A DNA stretch of 57,004 bases from a virus. How positions within the stretch are numbered: position 1 is the first letter of the stretch; each line of letters opens with the position of its first letter. Below the pieces are notes generated by a model. That model did no database searches, was not told where the DNA came from, and saw only the letters and a list, made by a program, of their open reading frames with translations. The stretch is taken from positions 1-57,004 of the IMG/VR virus record IMGVR_UViG_3300047497_000008, one strand, 5' to 3'. Shown piece by piece: positions 30,665-40,517 of the stretch. The position numbers and the translations under genes are program-made.

Positions 30665-31696
30665 CTAAGTCGTTCTCACATATCCGGCCGTGATGCTGTT
30701 GAGCGCGGCGGGAGTCCACGCTACGCCAGTAGCCGGATTGTTCTGCCAGCTCCAACTATACCATTGCGGCGTCGTACTCAGGAAAATCTCGTCGCTGTAG
30801 TATTTTGTGCCGCCCACGTTTATGAAGAATTTGACTCCTGCGGCTCCTGAATCGCTCTTCCACATATAGTATTTGACACTGGCGCACAGGATCGTAAGGC
30901 TCGTATCGACCGAAAAAAGGCCGTACTCGTCCTCAAGCCCTGTCGTCGCTGCCGAGTTGAACGTGACCGTCTGTGTCGTCTTGTTGATGTTGGTATGATT
31001 CGCGGCACCTGTGCTCGACGTCCACTCGCTCACCGAATCTGAGACCGGGAAATACGGAACCGTGATCCGGCCTTCACCGAGAAAACCTGTCTCGCTGATC
31101 GCTAGGCTGGCAAAGCCGGCGGTCGCTGAAAAGAAACGCAGAACGTTTATGTATGCGGACTGACCCGTAGCAACATCCGACGCACTCTTGACGGAAACGC
31201 CGTTCAGTTTGACTTCAAAGGCGCCCGATCCTTCCGTAAATGGTGCAGAGCCTCCGGTCCATGGTCCTAGATCGACGTGAAATCCGATATGGATTTGACT
31301 TGTGCCGCCGAACAAACCGACTGCGGACGCCCATAGAAGAGTGTACTGAGACGCGCCAGGCAAACCGTTCGAGTAGAAATAGACCGATAGCTGCCCAACA
31401 AGCCCGTCGATCTTCAGGTAGCATTGATCAACGTGGCCGTCCGCGCTAAAGAATACAGTTTTCACGTCAGTCGATAGTTGGCACTTGAACTCGGCCGTGA
31501 TGCTCGTAAGGTTCTCGGCTATCGCGACGTTCGGGTTACTGTACCCATCCCAGGTAAGCTCGCCGAGAGAAGTTTCCCCAAACGCGTTTCCTTGCATAGA
31601 AAAATACGTGAGCTGTCCAATACGAGAGTTCGAATCGCCTTCGTTATTGTAACCCTGCATACCTTCGATTACTGGAAACGGATAAGCCATCGTCAT
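30665..31696 (-). CDS. tail protein (beta-rich, lectin-like)
   Basis: 343 aa, immediately downstream of the tape measure gene with an ATGA overlap. Confidence 0.6.
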   Translation of the reverse strand: MTMAYPFPVIEGMQGYNNEGDSNSRIGQLTYFSMQGNAFGETSLGELTWDGYSNPNVAIAENLTSITAEFKCQLSTDVKTVFFSADGHVDQCYLKIDGLVGQLSVYFYSNGLPGASQYTLLWASAVGLFGGTSQIHIGFHVDLGPWTGGSAPFTEGSGAFEVKLNGVSVKSASDVATGQSAYINVLRFFSATAGFASLAISETGFLGEGRITVPYFPVSDSVSEWTSSTGAANHTNINKTTQTVTFNSAATTGLEDEYGLFSVDTSLTILCASVKYYMWKSDSGAAGVKFFINVGGTKYYSDEIFLSTTPQWYSWSWQNNPATGVAWTPAALNSITAGYVRTT

Positions 31697-34600
31697 CCTC
31701 CACCGACAACGCTGCGCACCGTGCCAGCGTTGCGCTTTATGTGCGTCAATACGATCTTCTCGCCCTCGGAAGATGCCATGGCCGCATGAATGCCAGCCGT
31801 GTCATCGACCAGTATGTTCCTGATCGCGATTTGCGGGGTCCGCTGCGCGCCTTTGTCCGGCACGTTCTTCGCTGTAACTTTCTCGCCACGTTGCAAGATG
31901 GCCGGCACTTCATCGCTCTTGAGCCCGGCTACGCCGCCCGAGTGCATCCGGGGAGCATTGGCGAACCATGATGAATCTGCCGAGCGCCGCATACCGCCTT
32001 GACCGACGACGCCGCCCGAATGAAACGCGAAAGCGGACAAGTCTGGAAGCAGACTCGACAGACTGTCAGCCGCGCCGCTCGCTGCCGCGTCCCCAGGGAG
32101 ACCGGCACCTGCATCGGCTGCGGACAAGATACTCGACGGCCCGGACGCGAGCGGGTCTGCACCGCCACCGCCGAACAGGCCGGACAGGAATCCTCCGCCA
32201 CCGCCGAACAAGCTAGACAGAAAACCGCCGCCCGAAGCGCCGCCGCCACCGTTTAGTCGGGCGTCGGAAGACGATAGATCGCCGCCGCCGCCAAACAGGC
32301 TTGAGACAAAACCGCCCACGCCGCCTGTGCCACCACCGTTGCCTTTTTCGTCCAATCCGAACATCTGCAAAAGCTGCTGCTTCAGGATGATCTTTGCGAT
32401 ATCCTCAAGCACGCTCGCTGCCATGTCGGCAAAAGCGGACTCGATCCCGTGAATAGACTGACGCCAGCTTTCTGTATGCGTAATCAAGCCGCCGATGTTT
32501 TTGCCGATCGAGTCGAAGGCGTTAGTCGCGCCGGAGACAAGATCCTCGTTGAACGTCTTATTGATTTCGACCGCAAGGCTTTTCGTCGCGTCGGATTCAG
32601 TCGTAATCGTTTGGAGCTGCGTCGTCAGCTTGTCGTAATTCTCCTGCGTAATCGTCCCGTCTTTGAGCTGAAGATCTAGGAGCTGCTGAAGCGCGGACGC
32701 TTGCTCTTTGATTTTGGCGCTCGTCTCGGCGTAAGCGGCTTTGACTCGAGCCTGTGCCTCTTCACCCGTGATCGCGCCTTGCTCTTCAAGCGCTTTGATC
32801 TGATCGATCATCTGCTTGCGAGCATCGACTTCAGATGTAACGTTCGTAAGGCCGCTCGTGTCGTCCGTAAGCGCCTGCTTTACGAGAACGGACGAGTTAC
32901 CGCCCGTGCCGGCACCGGATTCGATCACGGCCTTGTTCGCATTCGCGACAAACTCAGCGTTCTCTTGCGACGGGTTCACCTTGTAGAGCGCCGCCGCGTA
33001 GTCTTTCGCCCGCTGCGCCGCGACCTGAAGTCTGGCGTTGACTTCGTCAAGCGCCAGAACTTGCTGATCGTAGGCTTGCTGCGCCGTGATCTGGCCGGCT
33101 TTAAGCTGCTCGTCTATGGTGCTCAAGCGCGCTGCACGTTCGCCCTGAAGACCGCTTATGTCGGCCTCCATCGCTTTGCGTCTCGCGTCGGTTTCCATCA
33201 GCTCTTTGGTCGCGGTTATCTCTTTCTCAAGCGCGGCCGTGGAAACTTGTTTGCCGTCGATCGTGACGGACGATCCGCCCAGCTTGGACTTGAAAACCTC
33301 CAGTCGGTTGAACAGCGCGACGTACTTATCCTCAATAGACTTGACCTGATCGTCAACGCTCGTCTTTTGCGCCGCCTCATATACCGAGTGCATTTCGGCC
33401 AGTTCGTCGGCGAGCGCCCGAGCCGCGTTGTCCCGCTGCTCCGCGAGCGGATCTTTGGCGTCGGCGAGTGCCGGATTGCTCAAGCCTTTGACGCCGCCCT
33501 CGACTTGACTGTTGAACTCGCTACGGGATGCCGTGCTCGCGTTGGCGAACGCAAACGGGTTCGCGGCCTTAATCCGATCGGCTTCGGCTTGCGCCGCTTT
33601 CGGTTGCGTGGCGTAGAGTTTCGCCATGGCCGCCGCCATCTTCGCGGCGTCCCCTTCGGCGTCGGCAACGGCTTTCTTGCGGACGGCTTCTTGCTGATCT
33701 ATGAACTTCTTGAACGACGCAATCGCCGCCTCGATATCCTTGTCCGCTCGAATGGACTCCGGCGTGACGAGATCCGGCTTTTCAGGATGATCGCCGGCCT
33801 TGATAGCCGCGTCGTATTGGTCCTGCACGCGTTTGTTGTGCGCGTCGGCCGCATCTTTGTCGGCTTGCTGTGCAGCGGTAAGCCCGGTCCCTAGATCGAC
33901 GCCGGTTCCGATACGAGACTTCATGTCGCTGGCGACGCCGTTGACGGCAGCAATCCCGTCTTTGAACCTTTGCACGAAACCTGTTAAGGAGAAATCGTTG
34001 AACGTCTTTTGCAGGTTATCTATAATCAGGGCAATGTTCAAGCCCATGACCGTGAACGCGGTATCGAGAACGCCGGCTGCCGTAGACCCTTCGTCGGCCT
34101 GTTTGTGAATCCAATCACCGACCGCGTAAGCCCCGATCACGGCAATACCGGCGATCATTACGGCGTTCAAGCCCGACAGCGCCGTAGCAAGCAGCGCGCC
34201 GCTCGCAGCCGCACCCTTGAGCGCAGTTCCCGCTGCTGCCGCCCGGCTGGCCGCCACGACAGTAAGCCCGTTGTACTCGGCCCACGACGCATTGAGCCGC
34301 CACATGGCTGCGGTCTGTTCCGTCTCAGCCGCCGTCACCGTTTGCGCGGACGCCGCCATAGCCGCCGCCGCCTCGACTGCTGCAAGCCGGAGCTGCACCA
34401 TTTGAGCGACAGTGCCGAGAACCCATTTGGCAAACTTCACGCCGAACAGTAAAGTCATCGCCGCTGATATCGCGTCTATGTTCTTGACGAACAGCTCAAG
34501 TACGTTCGTCACTGCTACAAACGCGTTCGTGATAATGCCGCGCCACCGCTCACCATCGGGCGAATTGAAAAACGCGGTCATGGTTTGGAGCAATTCCGTC

Positions 34601-37011
34601 CACGCTTGGGCGAAACCGCCTTCGGCGATACGCTTATTGAAGTCGAAAAGACTCGTCTCGAAACGGCCCTCTTCCGCCTGGAGCGATCGGATGGCCGACG
34701 GGATCTGCTTTTCGTATTGCTCGCGGATGACCGTAGCTGCCGCTGTGACGGCCACTTGCGAGCTAATCGCGCCCTTCTTCATCTCGGCGTACATCTGCGC
34801 CATGGACATGCCGATGCCCGACGCCATGGCCGCTTCGATACCCGGAACATTCGCTGCCAAGCGATTAAGGTCCATCATCTCGACCTTATTGCGCGACAGC
34901 ATGTGCTCTAACTCAAGATACGAGTTGGCGACTTGATCCGAGGACGCGTGATTGACGCGCATCGCTTCGGTAAGCCGCTCGAAAATGAAATTTGTCCCGT
35001 CGAGTGTCAGGCCGGCGTTCTTCGCGGCGATTGCGAAACTGGAGTAGGACGCCGACAAATCCTTGAAGCCGATGCCCAGGCGCACGGATTGATCGTGAAC
35101 ATAGTTGTAAAGTTCGGCGGCTTGCTTGGCATCGCCGACCGTGACAACCATTAACTTGTTCTCGACAGCTTGGGCCGTGACATACGCCTCAAGCGCCTTG
35201 TGCGCGCCTTCGATCGCCGCCATCAGCCCGACGAAAGCGGCGATCTGCTCCAGCACTTCGCCGCGCCACCGTTGCGTGAGCGACAGACTTTCACGCTGGC
35301 CGGCGCCGAACAGGCTTACTTTCTTGCCGGACTCTTCGACCGCATCGCCGTATTTGCGGTGCTGTTCCGTAAGCGCGTTCTGCGCCGTCGTCGCGGCGCG
35401 GGACACCGCGAGAAGTCTTTCCTGATCGGCGGCGAGATTTGTTGACGATATCCCGGCACTCTTGAGCGCCGCGTCTAGTTGCACGAGCGCTTCGGTTTCA
35501 GTCTCGACGCTTCGCGCTGCTGCCAGTAATTCACGATCAGCGCGTGCAAGACTCTCAGCAAGCTCTTCGTCGGGCGCGATGGCCGACTGAACGGCTAGAC
35601 GGTACTTGTCGGCCGATGCTGCGGCTGCGTCATAACGAGTTTTCGCAGTCGCCAGAACTGCCGCTTGATCGCGGTAAGCGTCGATCGCTCCGGCTTGCGC
35701 CAGCGCCGCCTTATTGATATCTGAGAACTTCTTAAACGACTCTGAAAAATTCTTAACCGGCTCATTGGCGAACACGAACGCCGCTGCCAGTTGCTTCGTT
35801 TGGTCTTCGAGTCCGGCCAGTGTCGTCCGCGCCGCCGCTGCCGGGCTGGCGATCGACTGGATCTGCCCTGACACGTTGGAACTAAGTTCCGGCGCACGCG
35901 GAGCGCCCGGCGCCGAACGGGACGCGGCGGCTTGCGACCGTGCCGCGAGCTGCTGAAAGTTGGCGAGCTGCTGCCGCGCTTTCTGTTGCGCTTCATACGA
36001 CTCCCGCGCCTCGGCATCGCGGTCCAACGCGCGAAGCCGGGACTGTTCCGCCTTCAGGAGAAGTATGCGCTCTTCTTCGGCCGCTTGCTCTTGCTTCAGC
36101 CGTAGCACTTCGGCATCGGCGGCGGCCTGTTTTTCCGTCTCCACCGTGGCGGCTTTCTGTGCCTCTAACGCCTTCTCTTGAGCGAACTCCTGATCGAGGA
36201 TAGCTGCGCGGAAATCGCGCGCTGCATCTTCGGCGCTTCGGCTCGAGCCGTACTGCGGCAGTGCAGTGTTCGTAGTGCGCGCCTCGTTACGCTGCACAAC
36301 CGGAGAGAAATTCCGGTTCTCGGCAATCCACTTTTCGTTAGCCGCGACCGCCGCCTGCTCAAGCGCGATCTTCTCGGCCTTGAGCATTTCGACGTTCGCC
36401 GCCGTCGCTTCGGCCGCGTCCCGCTGCTCCTGCTTGAAGACTTGAAGGTTGCGGTTGTACGCGTTTAATGCTTCGCCGCTTTCGCCGATCGCCAGAGATA
36501 CTTGCGTGATAGTGGCCGTCAACGCATCGTTCGCATCGCCGAGCTGCGCTACGTCGATCCCGACGGCTTTGAGCGCGGCAGCTTGTTTGTCGAGCGCGTC
36601 TGTTTGTTTTTTCAGGGCGGTTTGAGCGAGCGTGATTTTACCCGTCAAACCATCGTAAGCGTTCTGCTCTGCGCGCTTTAATGTGACACCTGCTTGAACC
36701 TTCTTGTTAAGCTCATCGTAACGAGCCTGAAGGGCTTTTACTTTCTCGGCTTGTTCGGCCGCTTTTGCCGTCTGCGCCGTGTAGCCGGATACGTCGTTCT
36801 GCTGCTTGACAAGCGCTTTTTGCGCGCGCTCAAGATCCCGTTGGCTTTCCGACAGTTCGGCGTAGGTGATCTCGCCGTGCTTCGCGGCTTCGACGTTGCC
36901 AGCGAGCGCAGCCGTGAACGAGTCAACGGCTTTCGCAATATCCTGAAACGGCTTGCTCGCAAGATCTCTTGCCCTAAGTATCAGCTCCGCATCGCGTGAA
37001 CTACTCGGCAT
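31693..37011 (-). CDS. tape measure protein
   Basis: 1772 aa. Long A/Q/E/K coiled coils, central hydrophobic segments and C-terminal GGGFLSSLFGGGG repeats. Confidence 0.9.
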   Translation of the reverse strand: MPSSSRDAELILRARDLASKPFQDIAKAVDSFTAALAGNVEAAKHGEITYAELSESQRDLERAQKALVKQQNDVSGYTAQTAKAAEQAEKVKALQARYDELNKKVQAGVTLKRAEQNAYDGLTGKITLAQTALKKQTDALDKQAAALKAVGIDVAQLGDANDALTATITQVSLAIGESGEALNAYNRNLQVFKQEQRDAAEATAANVEMLKAEKIALEQAAVAANEKWIAENRNFSPVVQRNEARTTNTALPQYGSSRSAEDAARDFRAAILDQEFAQEKALEAQKAATVETEKQAAADAEVLRLKQEQAAEEERILLLKAEQSRLRALDRDAEARESYEAQQKARQQLANFQQLAARSQAAASRSAPGAPRAPELSSNVSGQIQSIASPAAAARTTLAGLEDQTKQLAAAFVFANEPVKNFSESFKKFSDINKAALAQAGAIDAYRDQAAVLATAKTRYDAAAASADKYRLAVQSAIAPDEELAESLARADRELLAAARSVETETEALVQLDAALKSAGISSTNLAADQERLLAVSRAATTAQNALTEQHRKYGDAVEESGKKVSLFGAGQRESLSLTQRWRGEVLEQIAAFVGLMAAIEGAHKALEAYVTAQAVENKLMVVTVGDAKQAAELYNYVHDQSVRLGIGFKDLSASYSSFAIAAKNAGLTLDGTNFIFERLTEAMRVNHASSDQVANSYLELEHMLSRNKVEMMDLNRLAANVPGIEAAMASGIGMSMAQMYAEMKKGAISSQVAVTAAATVIREQYEKQIPSAIRSLQAEEGRFETSLFDFNKRIAEGGFAQAWTELLQTMTAFFNSPDGERWRGIITNAFVAVTNVLELFVKNIDAISAAMTLLFGVKFAKWVLGTVAQMVQLRLAAVEAAAAMAASAQTVTAAETEQTAAMWRLNASWAEYNGLTVVAASRAAAAGTALKGAAASGALLATALSGLNAVMIAGIAVIGAYAVGDWIHKQADEGSTAAGVLDTAFTVMGLNIALIIDNLQKTFNDFSLTGFVQRFKDGIAAVNGVASDMKSRIGTGVDLGTGLTAAQQADKDAADAHNKRVQDQYDAAIKAGDHPEKPDLVTPESIRADKDIEAAIASFKKFIDQQEAVRKKAVADAEGDAAKMAAAMAKLYATQPKAAQAEADRIKAANPFAFANASTASRSEFNSQVEGGVKGLSNPALADAKDPLAEQRDNAARALADELAEMHSVYEAAQKTSVDDQVKSIEDKYVALFNRLEVFKSKLGGSSVTIDGKQVSTAALEKEITATKELMETDARRKAMEADISGLQGERAARLSTIDEQLKAGQITAQQAYDQQVLALDEVNARLQVAAQRAKDYAAALYKVNPSQENAEFVANANKAVIESGAGTGGNSSVLVKQALTDDTSGLTNVTSEVDARKQMIDQIKALEEQGAITGEEAQARVKAAYAETSAKIKEQASALQQLLDLQLKDGTITQENYDKLTTQLQTITTESDATKSLAVEINKTFNEDLVSGATNAFDSIGKNIGGLITHTESWRQSIHGIESAFADMAASVLEDIAKIILKQQLLQMFGLDEKGNGGGTGGVGGFVSSLFGGGGDLSSSDARLNGGGGASGGGFLSSLFGGGGGFLSGLFGGGGADPLASGPSSILSAADAGAGLPGDAAASGAADSLSSLLPDLSAFAFHSGGVVGQGGMRRSADSSWFANAPRMHSGGVAGLKSDEVPAILQRGEKVTAKNVPDKGAQRTPQIAIRNILVDDTAGIHAAMASSEGEKIVLTHIKRNAGTVRSVVGGG
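35878..35890. repeat. GGAACTAAGTTCC palindrome
   Basis: Inside the tape measure gene, read as PELSS. Confidence 0.95.
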
Positions 37012-37686
37012 GAGACAAATCTTTCACAAGATCTTGGAAATGCTTTGCGGCCTGTTTTCCTGCTAGGGCGCTGCATATAGCAGATTGCACCAAAATAGCT
37101 TGAGTTGCAAGCCATCTGTCAACCCGCTGTTGTGCAAAATGGTATTCGCTCCATAAGTATCCGATCGGATATCTATGGACTTCGGATCTCGTATGGCCTT
37201 CGGATACGAGGAAGCTCGTTTGCGCTCTAGTAACCGAGAAGATTTCTACTAGACGGCTTTCAGGTTCGGCGATGCCGCGGCCTTTGGCGCCACGCTTTGA
37301 GCGAGATTTCGCAGCATCGCCAGAAAGTTTTTTGGGCCTCCTACGTCAACGAACGTGAGTTCGCCGATCTCCTGAATCGCCTTGATCTGCGTGGGCGCCG
37401 GCAACGTGGCCGCAATGCCGATCAGGTCTGGAGCGTCACACGCGTAAGCGATGATCGCCGCCGCCAGCGCCGGAGTCTCCACCATCATCTTCGCGGCCAT
37501 CGGGCCGATAGCCGAGAGTCCAGCTTCCCCGTACAGTTTGAACATCTTGTCCATGTCAGGAAAGTGGTCGTGCAACAATGTAGCAAAATCCGTCATGTTG
37601 AGGCCGCGCACGCTCAATGGACTTCCGCCCGCGATCGGCACGTTTCGGCGCATCGGCTTGTAGTCGGCTAGGCCGGTCATAGGCAA
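37001..37686 (-). CDS. putative -1 frameshift product of the chaperone gene (gpGT-like)
   Basis: My hand translation shows the -1 frame open for about 80 codons (SRLVEIFSVTRAQ...KHFQDLVKDLSHAE), from the end of the G ORF to a TAG at 37001-37003 that overlaps the TMP start. I did not identify a slippery heptamer. Confidence 0.4.
37249..37686 (-). CDS. tail assembly chaperone (gpG-like)
   Basis: 145 aa, located between the major tail gene and the TMP gene. Confidence 0.65.
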   Translation of the reverse strand: MPMTGLADYKPMRRNVPIAGGSPLSVRGLNMTDFATLLHDHFPDMDKMFKLYGEAGLSAIGPMAAKMMVETPALAAAIIAYACDAPDLIGIAATLPAPTQIKAIQEIGELTFVDVGGPKNFLAMLRNLAQSVAPKAAASPNLKAV

Positions 37687-37705
37687 CGATCTCCGCGCAA
37701 GGTAA

Positions 37706-37732
37706 GTCGCGCTGATTTACTGTCAGCGCGAC
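37706..37732 (-). terminator. stem-loop after the major tail gene (attenuator/terminator candidate)
   Basis: 10-bp stem gtcgcgctga / tcagcgcgac with a 7-nt loop. It is followed by UUACCUU on the minus-strand RNA. Confidence 0.45.
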
Positions 37733-37757
37733 CTTGTTTCTAGTAACCGAACGTCGG

Positions 37758-38546
37758 TCAGGGAACGCCGACGATATCCGAAATGATGCGCGGCGAACCA
37801 TCTTGAGGAAGCAGAACCTCCACCTTGAAGCTCATGGTCTGCCACGTATCGCCTTTCAGCGAATACGTTCCATCCGAACTGATCTGCGAATACGGGCAGT
37901 AGAAATACCGATCCGGGCCGTAGCCTTGCTGACTGACGTAGCGCAGCGCGCCATAGATCTGCGCGCCCTGGCCGATGACCTGAGTGCGCGTGCCGGCGAG
38001 TTGATGATAGGTAAGATGCACCGCGATCGGCGTGCTCGTGAAAACGGTACTGCCGGGCAACGTCTGGACGCGGCCGTTGAGCGCGTCCACCGCGTAATCA
38101 GTGTTGAGCACGATTGCCGGAGTGCCTGACGGAACGGTCAGCGTGATCGTGGCGAGATTGCGAAGACCGGCCGGATTCGTCGGCGACACGCCGAGCTGGT
38201 AGAACCGATTGCCGATCATTTCGATGGTTTCGGTGAGGCCGGTAGCCGCGACGACGGTTTCGTTTTCGCGAGCGCCCAGGAACCAGACTGCCAGATTGTC
38301 GGCGTCGATCGCATCCGTGTCGAAAGTGACGGTGATTTCCGACTCCAGAATGATCGAAGCGTCCTTGAGCTTCAGCCCTTCGTCGGAATCGTAATGCTCC
38401 AGCATCGTATTTGCTATCGCGAAGTCGACTTTCGGCGTATTGCCGAAATACCGCTCGCCGGTTTTGAGCCCGGTGACGGGATCGAGCATATCGAAGTAGA
38501 GCCGGCCACGGCCCACTGTCAAGTATTCGGTATTCGATGTTGCCAT
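37758..38546 (-). CDS. major tail protein (gpV position)
   Basis: ATG 38546 has a GAGGAG RBS. 262 aa, beta-rich, upstream of the G/GT chaperone. Confidence 0.7.
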   Translation of the reverse strand: MATSNTEYLTVGRGRLYFDMLDPVTGLKTGERYFGNTPKVDFAIANTMLEHYDSDEGLKLKDASIILESEITVTFDTDAIDADNLAVWFLGARENETVVAATGLTETIEMIGNRFYQLGVSPTNPAGLRNLATITLTVPSGTPAIVLNTDYAVDALNGRVQTLPGSTVFTSTPIAVHLTYHQLAGTRTQVIGQGAQIYGALRYVSQQGYGPDRYFYCPYSQISSDGTYSLKGDTWQTMSFKVEVLLPQDGSPRIISDIVGVP

Positions 38547-38559
38547 GGTGACGACTCCT

Positions 38560-39120
38560 CTACGGCGTGAAGATATTGTAGGCGAACTTGAGGACGAGAG
38601 GCAAGTAGAACATACAGTAATCCGTCGTCGTGTCAACTGGCGGGCGAACTATCCCGGGCGAAAACTTCATGTCGGATATTAGACCGCCCAGCATAAACCA
38701 TGGCGCAATGCCGTTCCCCATAGTATCGACCGCAATAATCCGAGAACACGCTTTCGCAACATCGGCGGCAAGATAGTACGCGGGAACACTTGGGTTCACG
38801 GGATCATCTATTGCCCAGCCTTGGACAAGAAGAATCCAGTCGAACTCGCCGCCCTGCTTGAACTCGCCGGCAAAGATCGTTTCCGGTGGCCGGTCGTTTT
38901 CGACAACCGACAAGAATGGCCGTGGTGTGTCGTCACCGAATAAGCCGCGTCCGAAAAAGACGTTCTCGCCCACGTCGTTATTGTAGCCGTTGGCCGTCGT
39001 GATCGTCATGAACAACTGTTGAAGCTGCTTCATGATCTGTAGCTGACGCGGCATCACAACGCCGGTCGTGCTCCACTGGCGACCCCAATTAAGGCCGTAT
39101 GTTCCGCCCTCACCAAGCAT
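38560..39120 (-). CDS. tail terminator-like protein (gpU position)
   Basis: 186-aa ORF in lambda gene order. The start is uncertain (ATG 39120 or 39054). Confidence 0.5.
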   Translation of the reverse strand: MLGEGGTYGLNWGRQWSTTGVVMPRQLQIMKQLQQLFMTITTANGYNNDVGENVFFGRGLFGDDTPRPFLSVVENDRPPETIFAGEFKQGGEFDWILLVQGWAIDDPVNPSVPAYYLAADVAKACSRIIAVDTMGNGIAPWFMLGGLISDMKFSPGIVRPPVDTTTDYCMFYLPLVLKFAYNIFTP

Positions 39121-39748
39121 TTAGAAGCCTATCAAGCTGACGGAAGAACTCGGCGGAACTAAGTTCCAAAAGCATCGGCATGAAGCCGCCGGCACCCTCC
39201 CGCAACACTTGGCCCACCGAAGGCCCGTAAAGCAGAAACACGTTTGGGAATATCTCTTGCGTGTTCCCCTTGTAACGATTCTCGATCCGCTCGCCCGGCT
39301 TCAGCCTGATCGCCAAGCCCACGTTGTTTACCGTCTCGGTAAGCTGACTCCCGGCGCGAAGCCGAACGAAGAACGCGTGAGGGATGATCTTGATCGTGCC
39401 CGGCTTCACGCGCACGTCAACCGTCGTGCCTTTCGGCTGCGGTCCGAACCGGATCGGGCTGACCGCAAACCGGGCAAGCGACGTTGGGCGCTCACGGCCG
39501 ATGATCGACGCCTCTAGTCTCGTCGGAGAGGCCGTTTTGCCGGGCACCAGACGGCCTGACTCCAGATACCCTTTAGGGAAGGCTACCTGTTGATAGACCG
39601 CCTTCCTTGCCCCTTGTAGCCCGGCGCGCTGCATGGTCTGATTCAACGCCATACTGGCAGCTTTGGGCGCCAGCGTCGGGAATGACTGCACAAGCGGAAT
39701 GAGCTTGTCGTTCGCCGTGAAATCGAATCTCAGTTCAATTCCCGCCAT
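39110..39748 (-). CDS. minor tail / tail completion protein (gpZ-like)
   Basis: 212 aa. KAASMALNQTMQRAG parallels lambda Z AAMAINRVASSA. Position is as in lambda. Confidence 0.55.
   Translation of the reverse strand: MAGIELRFDFTANDKLIPLVQSFPTLAPKAASMALNQTMQRAGLQGARKAVYQQVAFPKGYLESGRLVPGKTASPTRLEASIIGRERPTSLARFAVSPIRFGPQPKGTTVDVRVKPGTIKIIPHAFFVRLRAGSQLTETVNNVGLAIRLKPGERIENRYKGNTQEIFPNVFLLYGPSVGQVLREGAGGFMPMLLELSSAEFFRQLDRLLNAW
39155..39167. repeat. GGAACTAAGTTCC palindrome
   Basis: Near the 3' end of 39110..39748 (LELSS), 35 nt upstream of ATG 39120. Confidence 0.95.
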
Positions 39749-40130
39749 GGCTCGCCACGTTCCAGGCTACGTTTATCGGCCCATCGGCCGGAACCTTCGT
39801 ATCGAGCTTGTACGTCAACGTCGCGTTATACTGCGGTATGGTCACGATCCCCAGCCGTACCGGCGTCACGCCGCCCCAGGTGACGCCATTCTCATCGGTG
39901 TATGGCGTCGCGATCTCGTCGGCGCTAAAGAGTATCCGGTCAACGCCCTCAAGCACAACCGCGTACGCTTTAGAGTCTCCGTCCGTAAACTGACCTTGTT
40001 TGTTGTTCCAGCGAACATGGAAATTCGTTACCACGCCAGTTATGGGCGCAGTGTAAGTCGCGGCCACGCCGAACGTGCTATGCACGATCCGGCGTGTCGC
40101 GATCTTGAGTGCGGCAAAATCGAAAGGCAT
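39735..40130 (-). CDS. head-tail joining protein (gpFII-like)
   Basis: MPFDFAALKIATRRIVHSTFGVAATYT parallels lambda FII MADFDNLFDAAIARADETIRGYMGTSATIT. Confidence 0.6.
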   Translation of the reverse strand: MPFDFAALKIATRRIVHSTFGVAATYTAPITGVVTNFHVRWNNKQGQFTDGDSKAYAVVLEGVDRILFSADEIATPYTDENGVTWGGVTPVRLGIVTIPQYNATLTYKLDTKVPADGPINVAWNVASHGGN

Positions 40131-40459
40131 CAGAGCCCGTCGAGCGGATCTTTCGCCTTCGCGGGCGCCGATCGAGGCTGTGCGATTGCTTCGATCGGCG
40201 CATTCTTGCCCGGTCCCGTCGAATTGGGATCGGGATTGAGCGTCGTCGCCGTGTCCACCGTTGGGCCGTCCGGTTGTGCTACGAAGCCGGGCTGATTGGC
40301 CTCGTTCCGCACTTCGCGGATCGCGTTCGGATTGACGGCGAGAATATCCTTGATCTCGTCGTCCGTCAGCTCCGGCGTATCGCCGGGCTTGAACCGGAGC
40401 CGTTCGGTGCCGCGGCCGAGGGTAACGGACGTGACCATGACCATTTTGCGTTTTGCCAT
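40130..40459 (-). CDS. hypothetical head-associated protein (gpFI position)
   Basis: 109-aa ORF downstream of the capsid gene terminator. Confidence 0.5.
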   Translation of the reverse strand: MAKRKMVMVTSVTLGRGTERLRFKPGDTPELTDDEIKDILAVNPNAIREVRNEANQPGFVAQPDGPTVDTATTLNPDPNSTGPGKNAPIEAIAQPRSAPAKAKDPLDGL

Positions 40460-40494
40460 TTTGGCGTTCTCCGTTGTAACGTGTTTGCAGGGAA

Positions 40495-40516
40495 ACGGCG
40501 CGCCGAAGCGCGCCGT
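40495..40516 (-). terminator. rho-independent terminator after the major capsid gene
   Basis: Minus-strand RNA reads ACGGCGCGC-UUCG-GCGCGCCGU followed by UUUCCCU, starting 2 nt after the TAG stop. Confidence 0.6.
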
Positions 40517-40517
40517 C

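Noticed and set aside
32701-33894. 397-aa plus-strand ORF inside the tape measure gene
   Set aside because: It is antisense to a 1772-aa gene with coherent coiled-coil composition, and the ORF itself is an Arg/Leu-rich shadow. The same reasoning applies to 40917..41771, 39663..40295, 45752..46483, 55987..56718 and other antisense ORFs.
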